Origin: Podarcis cretensis
Lineage: Eukaryota
Direction: 5' to 3'
DNA length: 64,000 bases
Assembly (NCBI GenBank): GCA_951804945.1
Contig: OX638149.1
Coordinates: 88,474,001 to 88,538,000, forward strand
In this document: positions 35,821 to 50,307 of the stretch, one piece after another
Position numbering within the stretch: the stretch's first letter is position 1
Layout: the number at the start of each line of letters is the position of its first letter
Notes under the pieces: model-generated
The model's database searches: none
Seen by the model: the letters and a program-made list of their open reading frames with translations, nothing else
Told to the model about the DNA's origin: nothing
Translations under genes and position numbers: made by a program

Positions 35821-38800
35821 AAATCTGATACGTAGAACCCATTTACACACACTCCTTTTTCAAAATCACATCTCTTTGATAGGGAAAAGGTTTCCCACCA
35901 TGTGCTAAGCCAGGGTAGCCAATGTGATACCCCTCCAGGTGTTATCGAACCACAACTCCCACTATCTTTATCCTTCGGCCAGACTGGCTGAGGCTTATAG
36001 AAACTGTAGTCCCCAACACCTAGAAAGCACCACACCTAACAGCATCAACATCTGCAGAGCATACCACTGTTCTAAAGGCTTCCATTAGTAACACGTAACA
36101 GACAGGATGATATTTTTAAGGAACCAGGATATCTGTGCCACTATTCAGCTTTTCTTACCAATCTGGCTAGATGTAGCCTCATGCAGAAGACTCATACAGT
36201 AGATTGTTCACCCTCTCTCTCTCTCTTTTGGAAAGCAAATAAAATAAAACTTAAGAACAGGCACACAAAGGGTTACAGGTCCAGATGGAAGGGAGAGAGT
36301 TCTGTTGCAAATGACATCACAGACAATGGCGCAGGGATGTCCATCACACTCACATAGCAACATTCCACGCAGCAATAGCATCAGACATGCTATCAGAGTT
36401 TGAGAGGGATAACCGTGTACACACCGCATTGAGCTCCTTGGAGAAGAGGTATAAATGTAATAATAAATGCACTGCATTTTCACAGGCACAAAGCAGCACA
36501 CTTCAGATGCTCAGAAAAACAATGTAACACCACAACACAAGCACTACCTTTACGGCAGATATGTAGATTGTGTGCTAGATTTGGGAAGCTCATATCTTAT
36601 ACTGCATAAAAATGATTGTGCAGAAGATCTTGAGGAACAAGTATTTCCTCCAAAGCCACTGCATAAGTCTGTGTCTAAGGTGGGTTCCAGGATTCAGCAC
36701 TCTGCATAAAAGTGCAAAGGAGCCCCACTTTTGCTATATTCATTCTTCAATTGTGACCTCTGGAAATTGTCACACTGTGGTGTTGTTTTCCTCCAGAAGA
36801 AATAGCCTTGCTTGAAAAACCTATTGGGTTGAATACAAGTTACCTTATTTGGAAATAATGACTTCTGTGCAGCAAAGGTTAGCCCTGACCAAATCTTGTT
36901 GGAGTCAATGAAATAAGTTAAGCCTAGCTCTGTACCTGGAATACTGGGATGTCTACAGGTATATGCATAGTCAGTCATCAGTGTTCAAGGATAGAAACCT
37001 CCACCCAAATTATGCATCGGAAAATGCCTTTGCACCCTACTATCCATGGCAAGCAAACTTTGATTCAGCAAAAGCTCAAAATACCTTCCTCTCCCCCTTC
37101 CCTCTATCCCAATAAATGCTCTTCCTTAGATGATCAAACCTTTAAGAGTTTTCTCCTCTAAGCTGTCAGTGTCTAGATTCAGGTTGCTCCATGCTATTTA
37201 TGTCAACATCCTCCTCTCTTTATAATAAACCACATATTCTTCAAATCCAACATCAGGTTTATTGCTAACTCACCCTTGTATAAGTTGTCCCATGGCATGC
37301 TGTGACTCAAACTAGCTAAAAACCCAAACATGTGTTCCGGCTGCGCACATGTAATCACAGACATGTGTGGACGAGGACATGCAGTAACAATCCAGGTTTA
37401 TACCACAGTTTATTTCACACTGTTATCAGTAATGGATATTCCTAGGATCTGGACCTCAGTTGCCTGTGATCTGGAAGTGATTGATGAAAATGGAATTCTA
37501 TTCAGCCCAGAGCTGATAAACATTTCATCTGCAGTACTCAGAATAATAGCCATGAGAGGATTCCAAAACCGTAATGCTCCTGGCAAGACTATGTATATGC
37601 TGAACTTCTTGGCTAGTAGCCATTTGATAACCGTATGTTCTTTACATTCATCTGGTCTGGGGGGATTTAACCTTGCAATCACCAATGGACTTTGCCATTA
37701 CTGTAAATGTCATTACAACAACTGTTAAGAGGCTTCTAAGGACAAATGTTTTAGTTGCTTAAACCCTGCATCTTATCATCATGCACCACACCATTTGTAA
37801 AGGAACAAGGTTGCTAGAGATGGAAGAATATTCAGGGAAATCCTATGGGCTTTTTAAAAATCAAAGGGATGTGTTGTCCCTTTTAAAAACAAAAAATCTG
37901 ATCCAGCAAGTGAGTGAGTGCTTCCTTCCACCACCAAATGTTTCTCAGGCTTACACTTGTATTTGTTTAATTGTGAAATGAATGTGTTAAATCCATGAAA
38001 AGCACATTCATTTAAGCTACATTTCATTATCATGTTGTTTTTTAAGTGGATACATTTGCAACTCTCTCACACCACAATCCTGTAAGACATTTGGGATTTA
38101 AGCATAACGGCACTCTCGCTCCACAACAGATCTGTAGAATGTTGCTGTGTGCTTCCATCTGTTTTCAGATTATTACTGGTTTTTATTTTTATTTTGTTTT
38201 AAATAGTTTTATGCTTTTCATTGATAATTTTAATGTTTTATTTGCTTTGTAAACTGCTTTGAGGTTTGTTTGTTTGTTTTTACAATCAAGCAGTGTATAT
38301 ATTTTATGAAATGAATGAATAAACTCTCTCTGAATATCAGCCATATATAAAAATGTATGGTTATTAAGATCCACCACCAGACCCACTGCTACTGTGTTTA
38401 CTGGAGTAATAGGGCTCCCGTGCCTTTAACAGTTGTTTGGATAAATGGATTTTACTATCATTTCACAGTGCTGCATGAGCAAGGAGGACTGCACTTGCCA
38501 AAAATTCCTTCTAAAATGCAACGCGTGAAGGTACAGAAGCCCTGCGCTCCTTTTGCATCTCATCAGCCTAGCGGCATTCCACATCACGAAGGCGATCCAG
38601 GCAAAGCAGTCCGTCTTGCCTAGGCAAGACGGAGGGAATCGGACTAGACAGTTGACTCAGTTTTTTCATGCATTAGCAGCAAGCTCACCAATTACATGTC
38701 CAAGTCTGGTTCTTGGAAGTTCTGATGCTCTTAGTTTTGCACCGTTCAGTCCCTTTTCAAAATCCTGAGCTCTCTCTCTAGCTCTTCTCAATCTAATCAC

Positions 38801-39356
38801 CTCCCTTGTGCAGTTTATTGATGCATCATTCATGTTACTAAGCATGTGGTTATGTTGCCTAAGGCTTCTCTGTGCCATTTGCATGTGGGTTTTCCCCAAG
38901 AATGTTCTCTTGCACACTGACACTTGCTATCAGGAATGGGCTGCTTTGCTGTGAGACAGAAGCTGACACACACACAGTAGCGGGCCTTAGGGCATAGTGC
39001 TGTGAAAAGGATCCAAAATAGCTAGTGGGGGATGAAAACCTTTGTGAAGATGGAAGAAGTCCAAAGAGATTAACGCTGAAAAGATGGTGAATCCCAGCTT
39101 TTGCCCTGAGGCCAACATAGTGTGATTTCTGAACAAGACAGCTTTATGTAAGTAAGGTTTCAGTTTTTTACCCTGGTCAGGGATCTGGCACGTGTACATT
39201 TTTGACAGTGTAGACAATACTGAGTTAGATGAAACAATGGTCTGATTCAGTGAAAGGCACTAAGGAGGTTTCCTAGTGTGGTGCCCCATTGCTGGTGTTG
39301 AACTGAGATTCAAATGCCACTCTCATCAGCTTCTGTACATGAAACAGGAGGTGCTA

Positions 39357-39555
39357 CAGTGGTACCTCGGGTTAAGAACTTTATTCGTTCTGGATGTCTG
39401 TTCTTAACCTGAAACTATTCTTAACCTGAGGTACCACTTTAGCTAATGGGGCCTCCTGCTGCCGCCGCCACGCAATTTCTGTTCTCATCCTGAAGCAAAG
39501 TTCTTAACCCGAGGTACTATTTCTGGGTTAGCAGATGTAACCTGAGGTACCACTG
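39357..39555. mobile_element. Tc1/mariner-type MITE
   Basis: TA|CAGTGGTACCTC ... GAGGTACCACTG|TA; internal TTCTTAACCTGA subrepeats. Confidence 0.85.
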
Positions 39556-41199
39556 TACCTTGTTCTTGCCTCAGGCAGCAAAATGCCTTGGGTTGGGTCA
39601 GCTTGCCAGGGATGCTCCCTGTTATCTGGTACCTGTTCCTGGTACAACAGTGAGACTATTTTGTCTAACTTTACATTTGGGGAGATGTTGGAGATACTTT
39701 TTAGATGTTGTTAGTTTGTACCCATAGGCACTAGAGTGATCTTGCCGCCCTCTCCCTGTTCTCTGCAAATCAAATGGGAAGCAGGGGAGCCCATCTCTAG
39801 TGAAGGTTGGGGGGGGGGACCTTTGGCTCTCCAATTGTTGCTGATCTAGGACTCCCATCCGCCCTAGCAAGCATGGCTAATGGCCAGGGATGGTGGGAAC
39901 TGTATTTCAGAAACAATTGGAGGGCCAAAGGTTCCCCACACCAGTTCTCGTGCATGTACATGGGCATAAACAAGGAAAATGCTTCCATTTCCTCTCTCTC
40001 CCAATAACCAAAGCTCAAAAATGTTTCTGAATGTGTCTAAGTATTATTATAGTGGCCATTTTGCAGCGATTACAGTGTAATCAACGCAACCATTGTAAGA
40101 GCAAACTATTAAACATTCCTAAGGGGGTGATCAGTATACTAACATGCTCTGCTTCAGAATTTATTGCAGGACAAAAATAGCAGCTATTGTGGAATAAACA
40201 AATACAAGATTTAACAGCAATACATAATGAATGGAGTGCAGGGAATTGTTAGGCTGATACGGTCATATAAGTAGCTGTAATCAGTGCTTTTTTTCAGCCG
40301 GAACTTGCTGGCACCTCTCAGGTGGGCTCCATTGCTGTTATAAGAGTACAAGGGACATGTTAATGGTGAGTTCCGGTACCTGTTTTTCTAGAAAAATAGC
40401 ATGGGGTGTAATAAATGTGCAAGTATCTAGAACAGGAATGAGTAACCTGTGGCCCCGAGGATGTTGTTGGAGTATACTGATTTTGTTTGTGACACTGATC
40501 CCAGCTGGTCTACGAGCCACACCTGCAAAGGAAGAATTAGGAGCTCACTTTAAACTCCCCAACTGTTCCTTTGTAGCCACATCCTTATGACAACATCACA
40601 CACGACATCAGGTGGTTGTGGAGCAGGTGGTTGTGGTTTGGGGAAAACAGCCTTGTGGACCAAATTGGGACTTGTGCTGGAACAACTTAGAACCATAGAC
40701 TAGAGATTCCCTACTACTGGACTATAAGGTTCATCATCTTCAACAGGTTATCATTCTCTTGTTTAAAACATAAGGAAACCCACGCTGGACCTGATCCAAG
40801 CTTCACCTAGGTCACAGTCACACCATACATATGAAGTACTATGATACCACTTTAAACAGTCACAGCTTCCCCCAAAGAACCTTGGGAGCTGTAGTTTATT
40901 AAGGATGCTGAGAGCAGTTAGGAGACATTTATTCCACTCACAGAGCAACAATTCCCAGAGTTCCCTGGTAAGAAGGATTGACTGTTAGAAACAGAATCCA
41001 GTGACCCTTTACTGTGCTGAAATTGCACAATAACTCTGGACCTCATAGCTGAAGGGCACTTTTAGATGTCAAATGTGGTGAGCCACGTCAAAATGTGGCA
41101 AGCCATTTTGACATTTCCCCAGAGTGGTTTGAGAGGGCAGTAAGGTGTACTGCAGTGAAATAGTAGAATTATCTGTACATGCCAGGCAAGAGAGGGGTG

Positions 41200-41259
41200 G
41201 GAAGGAAGGAAGGAAGGAAGGAAGGAAGGAAGGAAGGAAGGAAGGAAGGAAGGAAGGAA
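41200..41259. repeat. (GGAA)n microsatellite
   Basis: Read directly. Confidence 0.95.
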
Positions 41260-44200
41260 TTATCTATTTTTTTGTGATGAAAGAGACAACAAAATTATTA
41301 AATACAGAGTCCCAAAACAAATTGAGCTGCCTTGCAGGATTCACTTTGGGACACCAAGTTTGCCTTGTCTCAAATGTGCCTTGCTTCAGGCTTTCCCAGA
41401 AGCTGAAAGCAACTTATCCTGGATTGAACTCCAGGGCTTATATTTAATTCCTCTGAGGTCTGGCACAGTAATGCAATCTCCTGTCTCAATCCCGCAGGAG
41501 CAAGCAACACACCTCCTCCCCTTTGCATACACAAGAAAGGAAGGGGGACTCATCATTTGATTTCACATGCTGGGCTGCATGGATTGTGAAAGCAGGAGGC
41601 CCAGGGTGCCTAGACACACAGGCATATCAACAGCATGTACTACTGCCTCAGTATAATGCAAAAAAGCAGGCTGTGCTTCTTGATCTTTTTATGGAGAGAG
41701 AACAGCTTCTCCCAGGGCTGGGTCAAGACATTCCACTGCCTGAGGCAAAGGGTGAGATGGCAGCCTCTTCCATTCCATTTACAGAAGCTGACCAGACTGG
41801 GAGTTGAATCTCATGTCAGCACTGGTCCTCCACGGCATCTAAGGGCATCAGGCTTGCCTAAAGGGTGCACAGATAGACCAGTCCTCCAGCACCTCACTGC
41901 ACACCAGCTTTTGCCATCTGAAATGGCAGCCTCACTCTACCTAATGGTAGCGCCGGTTCCAACATCTCCTATCTTCTGCCTTTTTGCTGTTTTGCTTAAC
42001 GTCCTATCTGATGAAGACTTGTGATGAACCCCAAGGCCTGCTAGTTATTTTGTTAACAGCTTCCAAAGGCAGAGTCTGTCAGGATTGTATATTTTCAAGG
42101 GATCCATCTGAGGATTAATAGTTTGATGCAGCAAAAGCAACAGTCTTGTAGCATCTGAAAGACTAATGCATTTATTCTGACAGAAGCACTTGTGGACTAG
42201 ATACAACACATTTGCTTAAGTCACAATAAACTGACTAGCTTTTCAGGTACAGCAAGATTGTTGCTGTTGTTTTTTGTGATGTTTTAGTTGGTTTCAAGTG
42301 ACACTAGCAGGAAGCAAAGATGGACATTGGGTGAATGCATAGTAATATTGTCATTTAAAAGCAACAACCAACATTTCAATGTTATGTGTATGCCAATAGG
42401 AGTATAAATGAAGAACAGCTTGCGGGATAGATGAATACATGTCACCTGGAGACTCTTTGCAAGAGGGGATCTAGGAGCTTGCCTAATAGAACAGCCTCGC
42501 AATAACCTCATGCCCAGTTTTGCAAGATCTCCAAGTAGTGATGAAATTGTTCCTTTGCCTTAACAGCTATAGCTGTGCCTGATCCATAGTGGAACTCCGG
42601 TACACCCAAAACAAGAACTTTTAGTACCAGAGACAGAAAGAGATGGAAAAGTGCTCAGGGGTGTTTTGGTGTTTCTTACAACCTTATTCTGCTGCTCAGC
42701 AGTCACTCTGACCATAAATCTCTGTTTCTAAACAGATGCAAAAAAATAATAATCTGCTTTTGGATCAGGGTTCAGATCTCACCTCTTGACAACTCATTGG
42801 CATGTCATTACACAATCTTAGTCCTGTGTCCTTAAAATGGGGGGGGGGGACAATGACCCTATCTCTCAGAGTTGCTGCTAGGATGCAAACTTACTAGGAA
42901 GTAAATCCTACTTAAATCAATGAGGCTTACTTCTGAGTAAGCATAGAAAAAGTCATCTTGAAATCCGAAAGACTGTAAAGCACTTTGTACATTAAAAGAA
43001 AGCAAAAGTACCCTTGGCCTCATTGGTCTCCACACCCCACCCCTCTTTCCCAAAGTATTTTCTTGCCTCTTTTTAAAGCTTTTTCAGGCTCCTTCTTCTT
43101 ATCCCCTCACATTTTTCTTCTTGAGGAAAATCTAGCCATTCTCATTTCATTTCTCACAGCTCCCATCCCTCAGACTCATTATATTTCCCCATCCTAATTC
43201 CGTCCTGCTTTTATTTATCTTTCACAGATATGACAAAAGCCAGGAGGAAGATTTACTGACCCTTAAGCAGCAGCAAGCAGAGCAAACTGCAGCATTTAAA
43301 AAATGCCAGCTTTCCTTTATAAAACTCTCAGGGATTTAATCTCCCCCCTGAAACATTTTCCCTTTCCAAGGCAGCTTTCCAGGGATGGGGACTCAGGCTC
43401 GTTTCTGAATTTAGTGAAATGCCATACAAATGCATGCATGAACCCCCAGAATCAAAAATGCACATCAGAACAAAAGCAGAGTTGAGGCAGCAAATGCCTT
43501 CCTCAAAGGCTTTGCTACCATATGTGCCTTGTGGCTGTCAAGTGCCGTAATCAGCAATTAATTTAATTTGCTCTGTCCCCTTGTGGCTTGCTTCAGTGCT
43601 TCACCCAGATGTTCATGTCCTGGTACCCAGATGTTTCTTATAATAAACAACCCACCCCTGCCTGATGCAAAATAGCTTCGGCTTTGTTCTGTTCAGTTTT
43701 GCCTTAAACAGTCAAGAATCCAAGAAAGAAAGTAAGTTAATTCTAACTACTACATTTGAGCACAGATGCATGACATCCTGCCTCACATCAAACACTGAGC
43801 ATCACCCACACATGCTCCAAGTAAACATGCACACATTTCTCCATGCGAGCTTTAGAGCTCATATCATATCTGCATGCGTGCTTCTGAGCTCACATCTGAT
43901 CAATAACTCACTCCACTCAAGGCTTTCATTTATCAGAACCCATTTTCTGAACTATCTGTGCCTCAGCCAGGGAATGGGAGAAAACAGCCATACCTCTGAA
44001 CCCACACAGAGTGCTTTTTCCTTGCCACCAAGTAACCACAACAAAATCCTGTGCATCCTGAATTAGGCTTGAAGCTGTCCATGGTAGATGGTGTCATTTC
44101 TGTGCACACCAGAGTAACGTCGTTTCTCATTTTAAAAATATAGCACACAATCGTGGCTTGTCTTTGAGTGCATGTTCCTCCTTCCCTCGCTGCCTCTCTG

Positions 44201-45134
44201 TTTCCAGTGAGCACTGCAGCAAAATGTCCCAATTTCCCCTAGTTGCACCAAGTCCTTGCAATACAGCTCTCTTACCAGTAGACAGAAGATCCCTGGGTTG
44301 GAACAAGAGCCCTGTTTCAAAGTGTCTCCAGGTCTTGGAGTGGCATGGTGGTGGCGGCGGCGGAGGCAGATCCTGCTCCGGGTTCCCCAACTACTCTGCC
44401 TTACCACCTCATGCTGTTGGCACACAGGACTGCTACTGACGCAGCAGCTGAGCTTGCACGAAGGAAAAGGAAAAATGATCTCACAGCAGTTCAGCCCTGC
44501 CCAGTGCTTTGCCTCTTCACTTAAAGGCACAGAGCTAGAGGCTTACTTGTCACCCCGCCACCTGGCAAAGCTGATCAGCCTTTGCTCAGAGTTGGAGGAG
44601 ACAAAAATAGCCGCTCTGACAGTTACAGCATTTGGATGAATACCTATAACTATGCATAAATATCCATACCTATGTATAAATATCTATACATATGGATGCA
44701 TCTAATCAGGCAGGTGTTCAGTCCAGTTTGGGGCACCTCCAGAGTGCCACTGTTTTATGGGAGAGATTCACATGCATCTGGGAAATTTAAGTGCACATAG
44801 TTAAAGCGGGTTAATGTGTTGTGCCGCTCCAGCGTGACTTAACACTGACTTTCTTCTGAGGTTAGGAACGTGACCAGGGAAAGGTATTGAAAAGGGTGGG
44901 ATGAATGAATGACTAGCTGGAAGACGTATAAACATGCGGCAAGCAAATTAGGATGGATGCTCATTGTTATATAGACTCCCAGCAAACAAATCAGAACAAA
45001 TATTCAGTAAAGACCAAATGTCATCTAACCTCCATGCAAGCTTTATGCAAGTGAATCAGGATGGAGGCTGAACAAGCAAGTCATCTGGTGGAGTTCTTAG
45101 TTCTTGTGAAGCATTCATACACACACACACACAC

Positions 45135-45690
45135 ACTTTTATTGGTTTTTTTTAACATATAATTTCCAACAGTCATATAACATATCTTTTCATCTTATAC
45201 AATATTTTAGACTTCCATCAACACCTCTGATGAATTTTTGTTCTTTATCCCTTATTCTGCATTTCTTAATTTCACCATTACTCTTAATTGTCATTAACTA
45301 ATAATTCTCCTCATAGTCTTCCTTGCAATATTTCGAATAATCCTCCTTACAAAACTTCTTGCAGTCCTACTAGTGTAATCTGTTCAGTACAATTACTTTC
45401 CAAATAGTTCGTATATTTACTCTTCTTCTAAGAATCTCTGATCCCGCAGGTTTCTAATCCTTCCAGTTAATTTATCAAGTTCTGCATAGTCCATCAATTT
45501 CATCCTCCATTCTTCTTTCGTCGGCAATTCTTCTTGCTTCCATTTTTGTGCCAATAATATTCTTGCTGCCGTCATTTCATAGAAAAACAATTTACAATCC
45601 TGTCTGTTAATCTCATCACCTACAATGCCAAGTAAAAATGCTTCTGGTTTCTTAACAAATGTATATTTCAACATCTTTTTCATCTTGTGA
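45135..45690 (-). mobile_element. L1/Tx1-like LINE ORF2 C-terminal and 3' fragment
   Basis: ORF 45417..45695 KPEAFLLGI...AARILLAQKWKQEELPTKEEW; A-rich 3' end with AATAAA on the - strand. Confidence 0.75.
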
Positions 45691-46592
45691 AGCATTCCTG
45701 CCCATATTACCCTATTTTCGTTAGCTCTGCCACCACTTTAGAATTACCGAGGGGCAGTGAATTAGCAAATCCAGAGGGCATTTAAGAATACATGGACTAA
45801 GCAATTTAGTTCTGCCCTGAGCGATGTCATTTTAGAGTTGCATATATTAAGATGCATAGATATTTGTAAATGCATTAAATGACCAATAGGCCACCAGTCT
45901 TTCGTACTGAAGATTTCTAGACCATCAAATTATTGGGAATGTTCCTTGAGGAAGCCTACACCAAAGGCCTCCAACGTGAAGATTAATGCTCACCTCCAGT
46001 GCTTTCCTTCACGAATAACAGAACTGTGAGTATCCCTGTTCACATGTTGAATTTCAGTATTGTTATATGCCACCCCAGCCTCTCAGTGGTGTTAGATTCC
46101 AGGGGTCCAGGCGTTTACCCAGGGTCTGTGTTTCCTTTCGAAACGAGGCACAGAAGAGCCTTGGTGTCTATATGATATATGGTTTATTTATACATTTATA
46201 CAATCTGAGCACAGATGGAGGGAGTGCAGAGTATTTACATCTCAAGAGGGTCCTGTTTCTTCCATTGCTGCAGCTTCAGACTCTCTCTGTAGCATCAAGC
46301 AGACTTCTTGACCACTGACCATGCTGGCAGGGGCAGATGGGAATTGGAGTCAACTATTGGGGAGTGTAGGGGGAGGGAGGAGAGGAGGATAATTGGCCCC
46401 CGAAGCATAAATCCTTAGGCTAATGAAATGTTGGCTTAGTGCTATATTGCATTCCACCCCCAAAATATTGGTGACCTACGGCAAATAACCCAACCATCTA
46501 CCACTCTACCTTCTGCCTGCCTCATATAGAAGGTAAGATGATGAATTACTTGCCCAAGCCTGACTCAGCTTTCTACAGTGTTGCCCAAGTCC

Positions 46593-46593
46593 A

Positions 46594-46621
<28 letters not shown>
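46593..46621. repeat. (CA)n microsatellite
   Basis: Read directly. Confidence 0.9.
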
Positions 46622-46624
<3 letters not shown>

Positions 46625-48208
46625 AGAGAGAACACTCTACACCACACTCACCTGTGGTAGTTGTAGTGGATTTCTAAATCCCTGCCCTATCCACCGGCAA
46701 AGTATAGGTAGGCCTGTTGGACCATAGGACAAGCTCCAAGACCACATTAGGGTGATACCTTTATTAGGGTAACCAAAGGAGTTTTTCTATTATCTGTAAA
46801 CAGAAAAAACCCAGCTGTTTTGTAAATTTGTCTACATCCTTAGGCAAACCACACAGGTTCCTTGCTATGTAGAAAACAGCAATACGTAAAGAGAAACTTG
46901 CTTTACTGAATAGCTGGAGGGTTCTGAGCTGTTTGGCGGTGGTATCCTAAACTGGAGGAATAGGATTTTGCACCACCTGAAGATGGGGCTAGGCTCTCTG
47001 AGGCAACATATTGATTGAGAGGCAAACATTGTTATGCTTCCTTTCCCCAGTAGACCAGGTGTGGGAAGCCTTGCCCCCCCCCCATCTGTTGCTGAACTAC
47101 AATGCCATCAGTGGCAAGTATGGCAAAGAGGCAAAGATGATGGGAGATTGGGAGGCGTTGCTGCTCAGGGAAAAGAGAGGAAAGGCAACCCCATCTTGTG
47201 ATATATTTATTGCATTGCATTGTATTAATTGGTCACTTTTTTCCTTCAAAAATTGAAAGTGACTTTTCCCCCTACTGCATTTCTCTTTTAAAGTGAGCCT
47301 CACATAACAGCTGCTCTCTGGAGGATTGTATCCAACTTCTACAGCCACAGGATGCATTTTCAGATATAATGTGTCAGATATAATGATGCAGCTCAAATGT
47401 CTCTGAGAGACCTCTGAGCTAATAATCATACGCTCAGCCCTCATATCCATAATCACCTTTATTCAGCTTGTGACAGTAGTGACACCTTTGTGGTAAGTTT
47501 GCTTTAAGTGGTCTATTACTTGTTATAAAGTTGTAACGTCTCCCTATAAAAACATTTATGGAAAGCGCATGCCTCAGGTATGTGAGATCTAAAAGATCTC
47601 TTGCAATCTGACAACTGAGTACTGTACCATTTAATATAATTCTTAAATAAATATTAGTTAGTGGAAACATGCTTGTTCTTATTGTTTTTGTGAAAACCTC
47701 TTAAGTTTTATTATTTTAAGCAGTATAATTTTTTGAAAACTAAATATTAATATTCAGTTTATTAGTACTAATTTTAATGAGTGTGTGTGTGTGTGCTTTG
47801 CAATGTATAAATGATTGTACCACACAGAAGGATCTGATCCACGCAGAGTAACCTTACTGGGCCATTGCTAGTACAATGGGGCTTCCCCACCTCTCCTCCC
47901 CACCGTTGCTACTCAGATTATTATTTAGGACTATGAGGAAAGATGCCTCTCTCAGCATTTGAATTGTGGCTTTGATTTAAAGATTTGTCAGCATGGGATG
48001 TAAGATTTATTGCTCAAGACTGTACAAGCCCATTAAGAGTGTGTGTGAATCCTCATTCTCCAAGATATTTGTTTGCTGCAAAGCTCATGCATGTAGTTTT
48101 AATATGCATGTTGGAAGATGACTTGAGTACAATCCAAGTATATACAGTAATCTGGTACTGGGAACATGGGGAAATGCCTATTGTCTTTCTCTGCAACACA
48201 ACCCTCTG

Positions 48209-48342
48209 TATAAAGGTATCCCAGTTTTATCTATGCCATCTGAAGTCTGCATGTTATAAAGGTGTCCCAGTTTTATCTATGCCATCTGAAGTCTGCATGT
48301 TATAAAGGTGTCCCAGTTTTATCTATGCCATCTGAAGTCTGC
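48209..48342. repeat. 46-bp tandem repeat, about 2.9 copies
   Basis: Unit taaaggtRtcccagttttatctatgccatctgaagtctgcatgtta at 48211, 48257 and 48303. Confidence 0.95.
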
Positions 48343-49244
48343 GTCTCTGCCTTTGATAAGGAGATAGCCTTGTGCTGTGAGTCAGGGCAATCTTAGGGCT
48401 TTAGAAGGCATTTTTTTGCAGCAGCCAAGAATTAAGGGTCCATTTTTGTGAGTATGAAACAACTGCCTCAAATCAAACGCCAGTGTCTTTTTTACTGTTC
48501 AGTTGAAGTTCAAGAGATAGGTGACAGACAGGTACAATGATTCTGAATAGCTTGAGACATTATACACACCACACTGCTCTGGTCTGAAATCTGAGTGTCC
48601 TGATGACTGCTTTGTTACTTGTTGTACTTTGAAAAGCTAGCTGGGAACAGAAACTCACAAGCAGCTTTCCAGGGAGTTTCATGAGCCTCATGACAAAGCT
48701 CACTACAGATATGCAACTCCCAAGGGGCATGGGAACACCCTCTGCTGCCCATGGCAGCTGCTTTTAGACCAATTGGAAAGCTACTTGATCAAATACCATC
48801 CATTAATTATAAAAGGCGAGTCTGTAACTCAAGAGGGGGAAAGCTTAGTGCCAGGGAACAGAAGGGGAAGGTAACACAGCCAACCTGGTTACTTGCACAC
48901 TTAGGATCTTCTCTTTCCCTAATCTCTGACACGGAGCTTAATCGGAGTCAGGATTCACCTCTAGAATCAGTTTTCTACCTAAGGGTTTTTTAAAGAGAAA
49001 TAATTGGACTGCCTCCGAGCATGAAGATTAGTCCCATATTAGAAAAGGTGGATTCCAGCTAAGAGATGAGATGTGCTTTGAGCATATCTTAGAAATTAAG
49101 CACTGGTCACATCCACTGTAGCTTTGGAAGCATGACCTATTCAAGAAGGCAACTAGGAAGGCACTGTAACTAGGCAGTTTTGTATATGTATATGTAATAT
49201 ATGACCTTATCACCAAGATGTGGCCTTTCCCCCAAAGTTCCATA

Positions 49245-49470
49245 CAGTGGTACCTTGGGTTAAGTACTTAATTCGTTCCGGAGGTCCGTTCTTAACCTGA
49301 AACTGTTCTTAACCTGAAGCACCACTTTATTTAATGGGGCCTCCTGCTGCCGCCGCGCCGCCAGAGCATGATTTCTGTTCTCATCCTGAAGCAAAGTTCT
49401 TAACCTGAAGCACTATTTCTGGGTTAGCAGAGTCTGTAACCTGAAGCGTATGTAACCTGAGGTACCACTG
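49245..49470. mobile_element. Tc1/mariner-type MITE (same family as 39357..39555)
   Basis: TA|CAGTGGTACCT ... AGGTACCACTG|TA; internal sequence closely matches the 39.4 kb copy. Confidence 0.85.
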
Positions 49471-50307
49471 TACTTGCTTTTGGATGCTAGTGGGCAAATT
49501 TTAAGACTTGCAATACCTTTGCTCAATTCAGGATGTAGTGTCACTTGGATAATGCATTCATAAAATTGTAGTACTATTTTTGGGAGTGAAAGGAAAAGCA
49601 AAATAAAGGTCATTAAGAGCTTTCTACATTCATGTGCTATTAATGCATTAAGAAACAAATACACAGTGGTTGCCGCAACAGATTACCCATGTATCTATTA
49701 AAAAAGAACAAAGTAAATACTGGGCCAAAGTAAATACTTGTGTGAGCAGAAGGCTGTTTGGCTTGTACATGGGCAGCGTTGGATACAATCCATTGAAAAT
49801 TAATTAGCCAATGTTATGAGAAATCTTTGCAGTCAGCTGTGATAAACAGAGCACATGCTGTGAACACATGTATGCACCCAGTTTATGTTATACGGTTAAG
49901 GTGACAATCCAGAACCTTAACATCAATGGACATTTTGCCAGTGGCTAGAGTGGGATGTGACTGTACCATTACTTTGGAAACATATTTCATTCCAGCCTGC
50001 TGTCCCCTTAAGCACTGGAATCCCAATTCTCGTAGTGCTTTACGCTATGAGAAGGATTAAGCTTTCAGCAGCACCCACTGCTGATGTATGTATTAACTGA
50101 ACATTTCATTGCTATTCTTGGTAACAAAGTGGACAAGTTTCCTAGGTCTTGGCCAGGTGCCTGCAGAAGCAATTCAGTGGCAAGACAGAACCCAGAACAG
50201 AACAGATGATCCGTGAAATGCCATTCTGATTGGAACAAATGCAGCTCGCTGGCCAGGATACAATCTACAAGCCCATGGGTATTGTATTCCATAATTCTGC
50301 AAGGCAA

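Noticed and set aside
37274-37298. ATG...AAGG|gtgagt segment (MPWDNLYK) in the right phase for a PLCD4 first coding exon
   Set aside because: The 31922..31946 segment fits the PLCD4 N-terminus better and has a clean acceptor; this one has no similarity support.
48209-48342. Repeated 46-mer as a possible CRISPR array
   Set aside because: Units are contiguous with no unique spacers, no cas genes are present, and the context is eukaryotic.
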